From the human T2T-CHM13v2.0 reference genome, Homo sapiens: a stretch of DNA of 64,000 nt. Location: NCBI RefSeq assembly GCF_009914755.1, contig NC_060926.1. One strand, written 5' to 3'. Below, piece after piece: positions 54,096-64,000 of the stretch. Every line of letters starts with the position of its first letter. Positions within the stretch are counted from its first letter, which is position 1. Both the position numbers and the translations under genes were made by a program. Below the pieces are notes generated by a model. That model had not been told where the DNA came from and ran no database searches. It saw nothing but the letters and a program-made list of their open reading frames with translations.

Positions 54096-55446
54096 TTTGG
54101 AGCCGGATGCAGAGGGAGGTGGGAAAAATATTCCAGCTGAAATTCAACCTGTAGGAGTATTTTTCAGGGTGTCAGGGTCACTTCTTTGTGGAGCTGCCTT
54201 TCAGGTCTCTGGTATAGGGGGCAAGGGTCATGGCCTCATGGTGATGCCCAGGGACCCCAGGTGCTTTGGTCTTTGCAGACCACTTTCTTATGAAAAAGCA
54301 GAGTGTGACTGCTCTGGCAGAAAGATAAATGTCATTCAGGCTGATTCATTATTATACATTCATTATCATTTATTTGTGGTTTTCCTCTGATTTTAAAATA
54401 AATCAAAATTAAAACACTTTTGCAGGCCCCTAACAGTATCATGGGCCCCATGCACTGTGCCCAGCATGCCCAATGGACATGTAGGCCCCAAGAGGGCAGA
54501 GAGCAATCACAGAAGGACTTGCCCTGGCCAACATAGGCTGGTCTCTCTAGGGGCAGCTTCGGAATTGTGAATTACCCAGAGCTGCGTGCCAGGAAATGTG
54601 GACCTAACTCTTGCCTCTGAGGAAGGCAGGCAGGCTTGGTTTCATGTACTGTTGATGAGCCCGACATCCTCAATGCTCACTCGAGCTTTGGAAATGACAA
54701 GCAGGATTTTCAGAACAGGATTCTCTGTCCTGTCCCTGTTTTAATTTCAGCCTCCTTATTCCCCATGTAATAATTCCCCATACTGGCTCAATTATTTGTT
54801 TAACGGGTATGAATTCCAGTCTATAATGCCAAGGTATCAAAATGTGACGTACCTTTACTCTAGAAATCTCTAAATTATATTAAATCTGCTCCAAGATCGC
54901 CCTGCCCTACCTCACCCTCTCTGCCTGGTTATTGGGAGATTCAAATTCTGTCATTATTGGGGATCCTTTCTTGTCATAATGCTCCAGATGTCATCAAACA
55001 AACTTGGGCTTAGGTGATGCCAGGAAACCTGGGGGGGAGCATCCATTGTCTGCGGTGGCTGCTACCATTGCAACTTCGACACCTGCAGTCTCAGTGTGTG
55101 GGGGGCTCTGGGAGCTGCTCAGGGCCTGCTCCAGTTGGGGTGGACCCCACACCTCTCGTGATCTGTCCTCTAACTGTAGGCTCCGCTGCTGGAAATGTGT
55201 CGCTGCTCTCATGGCCACTGTGTGAGCTCCCAGTCTCAGCAAATGCACCCAGCAATGTCTGATTGATAGGGCACCCTCTGTGGGCTTTGTCCTGCTTGCT
55301 GCTAGCTGCTGCTGGGCCTCTCCCAGCCTGGGCCTCCTGTCTCAGTCTGAAGGCCAAGAGACAGCAGCGACAGCAGAGGAGGCAGAAACAGAAAACTCTC
55401 CGAGGACCCGGGGAAGTCACAAGGTGGCTTCCCAAACTCTCTAGTG

Positions 55447-55652
55447 CAGCACTGTCTGATAGAACCTTCTGCAAGGATGGAAAAGTTCTGTATCTGTGCT
55501 GGTCAAAGCAGCGGCCACAAGTCACATGTGGCTCCTAAGCAACTGAAATGTGGCTACTGTGACTAGGAACTGGATTGAAAGTTTTATCTAATTTCAGTTA
55601 ATTTTAATTTAAATGCCCACAACTGCATGTGGCTACCAGGTTGGACAGCATA
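55447..55652. mobile_element. MER3-like hAT-Charlie DNA transposon
   Basis: CAGCACTGTCTGATAGAACCTTCTGC...CACATGTGGCT...TTGGACAGCA with imperfect terminal inverted repeats. Confidence 0.8.
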
Positions 55653-56529
55653 CATGTGGAACACAGACTCCTGATCTGGGAGCCTTGAAAGATGAGCCGT
55701 CACTCTGATGAGGTGGAGGGCCTGAATTGAGCCCTGCGGTGGCACTCGGCAGGTCTTCAGAGGGGCTGGTGACCCCTCCAAGGTGCACAGCCCCTGGGCT
55801 ACGAGCAGTGGCTAGTCAGGTTGGGGTCCCTGGCCTCTGCCACGAGTGGCCACTAGTGGAAGCCTCAATGTCTCCACTTCCAGTGGGCTCTCAGGCCTCA
55901 CATGCCCATGCCAGGGTAGGGGGCCTGTCGAGGAGGATGCCCTGGCACCCAGAGCTTCTCTGCTGTTTGTCCTGAGGGTTCCCTTGGGCTGGGGGCCTCA
56001 GGTGCAGGGCACATGCAGCCGGACTGTCCAGCCTTGTGGTATTTGCACATGAACTTTCCTGCGTGGGGATAGACAGCCTTATTCTTGTTTGTGTAAAGCC
56101 ATTCCAGGAACTATTAATAGTTAGACTGGCATAAATAAGCCTCAGGTTTGGTTCTTGTTAGTGTCCTACAAATCCCTCAAACTTTACTCTTTTGGCTTTT
56201 TAAGGGAGAAGATTTACAGTATGTTCAGGCACAATTGACAAGAAACATACAAGTTGTGCGGAGATGAGCAGACCCAGGGCCCCAAGCCTGAGCCTCTTTT
56301 CTCTCCCATGCCCTGCCTGCTCAAGTTACCTTGAGCACAAATGATGTCCTTCTGTGTGTGGGATCACAGACTGAGACATGGGGCTGTTCCTCCCCTGAAG
56401 TCACCCCTCAAGTTCCCCACATGATTTTACTCCTGGCTACTCCCCAGTTTGCTGTAGTTTGCTGGACCATGTGACCTTGGAGGAGCTCACAAGGCCCAGT
56501 GATGAAGCCACCGCCAGGGCTGAGCCTCA

Positions 56530-56720
56530 GCTCAGCCAGCTACTTAATGCATGCATAGCAAGTTACTTAACACCTACTGACCTCAGTTTCCTCACCCGTA
56601 AACTAGAAATAGAGGAACAATTACCACAGAGAGTTGTTCTGAGGATGCAAAGAGTTCTTGCATGAAAAATTCTTAGGAAAGTGCTGCACATAGTAGGTAT
56701 TCAATAGCATTAGCTATTTA
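56530..56720 (+). mobile_element. MIR SINE
   Basis: GCAAGTTACTTAAC...CCTCAGTTTCCTCACCCGTAAA...CACATAGTAGGTATTCAATA. Confidence 0.7.
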
Positions 56721-57932
56721 GATTGGAATTAGTGGCTTTTTGCCATTTACTCCTGACTGTAGGAGCTGTTCTCTGGGCCCCAGATCTCCATTCCAGCAAT
56801 GATCTCTCTCCTCCAACTCTGGCATTGGAGGAGTACCACAATCCTGCCTCCACATTTCATTTGCTGACACCCAGGGGCAGCATTAGGTGTAGAGTGCTGG
56901 ACATCTAAGGGAAGAGGTTCAATTGTCCATCTGTTTAGTTATTTACTCATTATTCAATGAATGTTAATTGAGACCAGTCAGGGCAGCTGAGAAGCAGTGC
57001 GGTTGTGAGGAGGGCTGTTAGTAGGGGAGATGCAGGTGCTGGTGTGCTTCCGTGTATGAATATGGCAGCTAGTGCAGGGTCATGAAGAGGGAATCAGGGA
57101 CACTCTGGGGATGTTAAAAACTCTGTTGATGTGGAATCAGAATCCCTGGGCCAGTCCTGCCTTCCTCTTGCTAGCTGTGTGGCCATGATCGAGGGTCCTC
57201 TTTGATCCTCCCTGATACATGGGCGAGGTGACCCACAGTGGCAGATGCTTAACCATCCAACATGGAGTCATCATCATTACTTAGACACCCTTCATTTGGA
57301 ATCACGATTCTCAGTGTGAAGGGCACTTCCCACCATAGAAGCCCCTCTCTGTGAGCCCTCAGAGGGCTGTCTAATCCATAAGCCCTTTCCCTCCCAAAGA
57401 GGCAGCCCAGCGCATCACTGCAAAGCGCCAGCTGAGAAGACGTTCTATAAATTATCCAAAGCCTATTCTCTGGCACATCCATATTTTGGACCTAGCTCTG
57501 CCCCCGAAGTCATATAAGCATAGCCACGATGGGAAGGATGGTCATAACTCAACATGCCCATTCATATACCTTGAGCACATATCCTGTCCCAGAGACTGCT
57601 GAATTATTGCATGAGCCCCAGCTCCTTCCACACCAAAGCCCTTCCGACTGCATGGACCTCACCACTTCTGTTCAAGCTCTTCCTTCTTCTCATGGTTCCT
57701 GGAAAGATTCTTTATGTGCTGAGGTGTTCAGCTACCCTTGATCTTGTGCTGCCTTCCACAGCATCTACTTGGCAACTTTCCAATGTCCCACTTCAGGTGG
57801 GCACAGTGACCTCCTTTGTCTGGTTTTTGGCAACCATACCTATCTGTTGGACCTGGGCACTGCACTGACAGCCAGCTGACCTCCCTGCCTCTCTGTGTGG
57901 GAACGTGCTGCAAAGCCACATCTCTCTAATTC

Positions 57933-58221
57933 TGTGTGTGTGTGTATATATATATCTTTTAGAGACAAGATCTCACTCTGTCACTCAGGCTGGAGTACAG
58001 TGAAGCAATCATAGCTCACTGCAGCCTTGAACTTCTGAACTCAAGTGACCCTTGACCTCAGCCTCCTGAAGAGCTGGGACTACAGGCATGTGGCACCATG
58101 CCTGGCTAATTTTAAAATCTTTTTTTGGTAGAGACGAGCGTCTCACTGTGTTGTCCAGGCTGGTCTCAAACTCCTGTCCTCCAGTGATCCTCCCACCTCT
58201 GCCTCTCAAAGTGCTGGGATC
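57933..58221 (-). mobile_element. AluJ-like element, 5'-truncated, with a (TG)n(TA)n tail
   Basis: Alu body from TTTTAGAGACAAGATCTCACTCTG to CAAAGTGCTGGGAT, with a microsatellite at 57933-57955. Confidence 0.85.
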
Positions 58222-60311
58222 ATTCTGAATATGAGGTGGTGACTTTTTTAAAAAAAACTTTTTTTTTTTAACCTAAGTAGAACTTTGCATTATCGTTGGT
58301 GTTGTCTTTTAGATTTAGCCCATGTATTCTCTAATATAAAACATGAAGCTTCATGTCATCTATAACTTGGAGTGGTATCCCCTTTACATCTTCACCAGAA
58401 GACCACTTGGATCAGTGAAGACCAAGAGCAGAGACCTGTGACATCCACTAGCGATTGTCTTCACTGTTGCCACTATCCCAGTGCTCTCGGGCACTGCATT
58501 GAACACAAATAGCTCCCCTTGCTGCACAAGTTTCACTGATGGGGGTAAAGGGGGTTATGAAACGTATCATATGATCAAATATGTGATAGTGATCCCACAG
58601 ACAAATGGAGCGTGTGGGGATGATTTAGACACTCAGCCAGCCTTGTCTTGATGGATACCCATCCTTCTCTGCTGTTCTCTCTTTCCTCCATCCTCAAGCA
58701 CAGGGAGCTTTTGGCGAGGTTAGCTAACTTCGGGGCAGCTGTGAATTAGATACTGGCTGTAAGTTACCTCCAACATCCAGAGCATTTAAACGCTCGGCTG
58801 TCAATGATTGTCATTTTCATTGTTTACATATAGTCACATCCTCAGTTTGTGGGGTGGATGCATTTGATTCAATTCAGATATGCCTTTCAAGCTGGCCCTG
58901 CTGAGCTGGGCCTGAAAGGCACATGGCTCATCTCATCTGCATGTGACAGTCTCTTTGAAGTCCCCAGAAGTGCCTGCTCAGAGTCATGCTCGGGAGGGAA
59001 GAGGTAAGGCACAGAATGAGTACAGACTGCCACCCAGCTGCAGGAAAGGTGACTGCACACCAGAGGTTCCTGGTAAGGAGGTGACTCACCCGCGACTGTC
59101 TCACCTGTCCAAAGTGTGTGTCACCTGCTCTGTGTTCACCCACTGGGTTCATCAGAGGGGCACTTGAACAAAACAGGAATGTCACTGGAGAGGGGAACAA
59201 ATGCTGTCCCCAAGTCCTTCCCTGCCGTTTAGAGTAACGCAGCCCCTGTCCGCACATCCTCACCCCCATCTGCCCTCTGCTTGCCAGAATTATCAGAATC
59301 TCTCAATTCTAATTTCAGCCATTCTCTGTGAAAATGAAAAGTTAGTGGCAGGCAATGGACACCCTATTGAAATAGAAATTGTTCTTCATATGTCAGAAAA
59401 GTCCCAGAGTAATCTGGGAGTAATCTGAGCAAACTGATTCAAAGGATTATTACAATTTCTTAGTCTTCTACTGCTGCAAAAGTGGCACTCTTTGATTCTC
59501 ATGTTTGAGGTTCTAATTACTACCTCATGCAGGACTTACAAGAGATCAGCCATGCTGCTTACATTGTGTGTAGTGAATCAATGTTATTCTGAAGGGCCTC
59601 CTGGAAGCAGTAGGGATTGGAGAATGTATGTCTTTTAACATGATCATTCCCATCCTATGGGGGTTGGGCACTCTTAACTCATGTTGCAGATGAGTAAACT
59701 GAGGCTTTTGAGAGTTTGAGGGTGCACAGCTTGAGGCAGAGGTGGAATTCCCAGCTTCATCCAAGAAACCACGAATCTCCAATGGCTTGCACACATCCAG
59801 GTTTGCTGGATCCTATTTGCCAAGACCACATGCAGATTAGGAGCCTTCAAACAAATTATTTCCAAGGGAGGGCATCTTTCTCTGTAACCCCTACCCTGGC
59901 AATTCTCCATGGCCTCAGGGAGTCCAGCCGGAAGCTCTGCAATGAGTCCTGGGGAACTCTCATCTGGAAAAAGGCGCTCATGACAGGTGGTGCCAACCTT
60001 CCACGGATGCTTTTCAGCATCTCTTGGGATGAGGATACAGAATTTCTCTTTCACCCTGTAAATGTGATAAATGAGGGAATAGAATTTCCAGCTTTAATTT
60101 TTCTGAATAGGATTCAAAAATGAAATTGTATAAAAAGGTATCCAGTGAAAAACACACACCCATCCCCATCTCCCATCCAGTTCCCTCCGTAACCCTTTTC
60201 TTAGTTTCTTATATGTCCTTTCAGAGTTTCTTTATGCAAATACAGTATAAGCAAAAAAGAATGGGCCTTTTTCTTTTCTTCCTTATTTTCCACAAAATCT
60301 ATCAAAATGGG

Positions 60312-60575
60312 TTTTTTTTGTTTTGTTTTGTTTGAGACAGGGTCTCACTCTGTTGCCCAGGCTGGAGTGCAGTGGCACGATCACGGTTCACTGCAGCCTC
60401 GACCTCCCCAGGCTCAGGTGATCCTCCCATCTCAGCCTTCTGAGTTGCTGGGACTACAAGCATGCATCACCAGGCCTGGCTAATTTTTCTATTTTTTGTA
60501 GGGACAGGGTTTTGCTGTGTTGCCCAGGCTGGTCTCAATTTCCTGGACACAAGCAATCTGCCTGCCTCAGCCTCA
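60312..60575 (-). mobile_element. AluJ-like element, 5'-truncated
   Basis: (TTTTG)n tail and GAGACAGGGTCTCACTCTG...CACTGCAGCCTCGACCTCC. Confidence 0.87.
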
Positions 60576-60826
60576 TAATGTTTTTTTTTAATGTTAAACC
60601 CCTTCTTGTGTTGAGAGGCCTGGCTTGTGTGTTTGAGCGCAGCTGCCTACCTTTGCAGCTGTAAATGTCAGGGCTCCAGGAGGGCTGGCTGGGTCTCCCC
60701 TCCTCCCCTGTTGGGTGGGTGGGGCCCTGAGCTTATCCAGGCATCCCTAGGTGGATGGATGGGTGGATGGGTAGGCCCTGGCCTTCAGGGAATGCACTGT
60801 GTGTGGTCTTCCAGCCCCAGCAAAGT

Positions 60827-60890
60827 CTCAGGGGGCCCGAGCGGGAAGTCGCCATCCTCAGGGGGTCCGAGTGGGGAGTCACCATCCTCA
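60827..60890. repeat. 30-bp GC-rich tandem duplication
   Basis: CTCAGGGGGCCCGAGCGGGAAGTCGCCATC followed by CTCAGGGGGTCCGAGTGGGGAGTCACCATC and CTCA. Confidence 0.9.
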
Positions 60891-61849
60891 CGGTCAGCCG
60901 TGGTTTCTAATTGAGCTCCCAGGGGCGGAGACTCCATTCCCCCGGGGAACAATCTGATAGCCAGAAATGAGAGCAGTGAGTGACTTGGACGCTGTGTGAT
61001 TCAGGAGGGTCCCAGTCCCTCAGAGTCGCCTGGACACCAGATTGTATTTACAAAACAGATGGATGAGGAAATGGAGATTGGGTCTTCAAAAGAATTAACC
61101 TCAGATTTTATTTATTTATTTTAAAAATTTTAATTTTTCCCAAGGACCCTTTCCAAGTCAAGAATTGTTTTAAAAAGAAGCCTGGTGAAGGCAAATGCTG
61201 TCTGTGGCCGAAGGCACCGTGAGGAGCTGAGGCTGACTTATGTTTCTCCTCTGGGCTATGTGCGCCTCTAAGGAGTTCACACACTTTAACCCCCTTAGGA
61301 ACCCTACATGATCATCCTCGTTTCTTAAAGAGGAAGCAGAGCCAGCAAACAAGTGGGGGAGCCACAGTTCCAGCCCAGGTGTCACTGGGCCCTGCCTGCC
61401 CCAGCCAGCTCCTCAGGAGCACACGGCACCCCACGTGCGTGCAGGGGACAGCTGTCCTCACAGGAACAGCCCCGGGACCTACAGGACTTCCTGGGGTTTA
61501 CCCTCAGAGCACCCATGAGGTTAGAATCACAAAGCCCGGGAGTCAGGAGACACAGGGCAGCTGGAGGGAGGTCTTTACTGAGGCTACTGAGGCACAGCAG
61601 CCCCGTCTAGAGGCCTCCCCGAGAGGCACTTCCTGAGGAGTCTGGTGGATTTTGAGCTGCTTTTTAAACAACCTTCTCCTTAGCATAGACACTGACACTG
61701 AAGGGAAAGAAAGCAAATGGTCTGTTCTTAGTGGGAAGGCAACTTGCTTTCAGGGGAACGAGTTTGGGGGAAGAGGACTGGTAGAAGACACGACTAAGAA
61801 AGTGAGTAGGAGTCCAGACGTGTGTGATTCATCCTTTAGGGCCTCTGTG

Positions 61850-62264
61850 TGTGATGGGTTGACTTGTGTCTCCCAAAATTCACATGTGGACGTCCTCGCC
61901 CCTGGCAGCTCAGACGTGACCTTATTTGGAAATAGTGCCATTGCCGATGTAATTAGTTCAAATGAGGTCATGCTGGAGTCGGGTGGGCCCCTGATCCCAT
62001 ATCACTGGTGTCCTTATAAGAAGGGGAAATTTCAAGACAGACACACACTCAGGGAGTACACCATGTGAAGACTGGACTTAAACAGCTACACCACCAGAAG
62101 CCGAGAGAGAGGCTGGAACATAGCCTTCCCTTTGGAGGTAGCCTGGCCCGGTGGGCACTGTGATCTCAGACTTCCAGCCTTCAGAACTGTGAGACAATAT
62201 TTTATTGTTTAAGCCACTTATTTTTTGGTACTTTCTTACGGCAGCCCTAGCAGATGCTAATCCA
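61850..62264 (+). mobile_element. MLT1C-like MaLR solo LTR
   Basis: TGTGATGGGTTG...GTGACCTTATTTGGAAATAG...GGTGTCCTTATAAG...CAGAACTGTGAGACAATA...GGCAGCCCTAGCA. Confidence 0.85.
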
Positions 62265-62443
62265 GCGTGCGTCCTGACAGAGGTTGAAGGGGGCTTCTCA
62301 AGTCCCAGGTCCAGCTTGGTGTGGTTCAGCTACTCAAGAGACATCTGCTGCTAATGGATGAGCAGTCAACCTGGACGCAGGAAATCATTTTTTATTTGGG
62401 TGAATACAATATTCTCCTTTTGTTTTCACTTTTCCTAAAAGTT

Positions 62444-62483
62444 AAATCAAGGTTCAAAAGAAAATCGAGGTTCAAAAGAAAAA
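62444..62483. repeat. 18-bp tandem duplication
   Basis: AAATC(A/G)AGGTTCAAAAGA occurs twice. Confidence 0.85.
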
Positions 62484-64000
62484 TTTGGTCTTTACATGTG
62501 CTAAAAAGAAAAAAACAAAAAGACTCATTTCATCTTTATATGGGATGGGATCCGTGCTCTGGTGGGCTACAGAGTGTGTCTCTGTGTGGGTCCCTGTACT
62601 CCGTGCGAGGTTGGCGGCCGAGCCACGGTTCCCATGTGAGCAGGACAGCACAGTCTCACCTCACACAGAGAACCTCGCCCGAACATGGAACTTTCACCCA
62701 CGTTGCCATTTTCCCGCTCCCTTTCCCTCCTTTGAGGTTCACACTCGTCTCTCCAAATTAAAATTTACAAAGAGAGGAGATGGAGGCTCCCAAGTGGCCA
62801 CAAAGTCACATTTTATGTGAGACCTTTTTGCCTCATTTGCTAGTTATTGAACAAAGGTGACTCTGAACCTAGCAGAAGCACGGGTTCAACACACAGTTCA
62901 GAAAAACAGGAACCATCAATTCATAAGAACTTAAAGAAAAAAATAGTTTAAAGAACTGAGAAGTTGCCACATTATAGTGAAAGAATGTTGGGTTTTGGAA
63001 ATGACAAAAACGAGCAATCTTCACCTTGAAAATCCGGTGGAGTCAGTTACACAAGACATAACCGCACACAAACATGGCATTTCTGATAATATAATGGCAT
63101 TTACAGTCAAGAAGCTTCTTTCAGAGTATTTCATGGAAAGTTATTTTAGTAGCAAGGGTAGCCTTAAGCAGTGAGTATTCGTCAAGAGAGTGAAACCTTG
63201 ACTTCAAAGTCAAGAGGCGGAGGAGTGAGGACTCAGATCTGGAGGCGACCTGCAGGGCGGGTGCCCACGCACAGGTGTCCCAGCTGTGGACATCCCACGT
63301 GCACAGGAGTGGGCCAAAGAGAGGCCCATGGATCCCTGCCCACCTCAGAAATGTGAGCAGGCAGCTGGGGGGCATTTGGACTCTAGCCGGGACAACCTAG
63401 TGGCCGGGCAGGGGATGCAGGCACCACAGGTCACAGTGGTTTGCTACGAGCGTCAGCTTTTAAAATTTTAAATAATCCTCTTATTGTAAAATTGAGGACA
63501 TTATTTGAAGCAACGCAAAAACCATGTAAAAAAATGTCTGTAGGATGTGAATGGCATGTTTCTTTAAGGCAATATCTGAAGAAAATATAAAAGCCCCAGG
63601 TGAAAGACACCCTGGGAGCAGAGGTGCCCCTGAGGGTCGGCTGCCCCAGGACAGAGGAGGGCTCTGCTGGTGCCCAGGTGGCACTGCCTGTCTTGATGCC
63701 AGGTGCAGGGGTTTAGAAGAAAAGACAAGGAAGAAAATAAAACTCACCACCGACATTCCTACCACTAGAGTCACCCACTGTTCCCAGTCAGGCATATTTC
63801 CTCCCAATCCTGTCCTCTCTGTGTATTTGGTAATTGCGTAAATCATCTCTCCCATAATTAATCTCCTTTAAAATTTGGAATAATATAGTTGTTAGAATAA
63901 TATAATAATCATGCAGAATAATTTAGAATAATGTTGTTTAGAACAATTTTTGTAGTCATGCTACCTTGCAGTCATTCATAACTCAGAAGAACTCTGCATT

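Noticed and set aside
50921-57540. Shared 13-mer GATGGGAAGGATG at ~50921 and ~57528
   Set aside because: The flanks do not align, and a match this short is compatible with chance.

Overview
This is primate, most likely human, genomic DNA with no supportable protein-coding gene. Bases 1-~23532 are one GC-rich, T-poor satellite built from GCCA/GCCAA units, a (CAGC)n-type array. It is hierarchical: 4/5-mers form a 26-bp monomer, these form 0.3-1.3 kb modules, and one block carries three copies of a ~2241-bp higher-order repeat. The array ends abruptly mid-module. Bases ~23533-64000 are repeat-rich unique sequence (Alu, L1, L2, MIR, MaLR/ERVL LTRs, hAT transposons). They include the AP-1/ARE-rich promoter and first exon (~47510-47740, + strand) of a lncRNA I recognise from memory as CYTOR/LINC00152, which has a near-identical paralog, MIR4435-2HG. 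All long ORFs in the satellite are explained by base composition. The most notable observations are the satellite architecture and sharp edge, a 228-bp local sequence copied into the middle of an Alu, an old ~212-bp inverted duplication, and the AP-1 site cluster. I see no clear evidence of a new gene system. Repeat family names come from remembered consensus sequences, not a database search.
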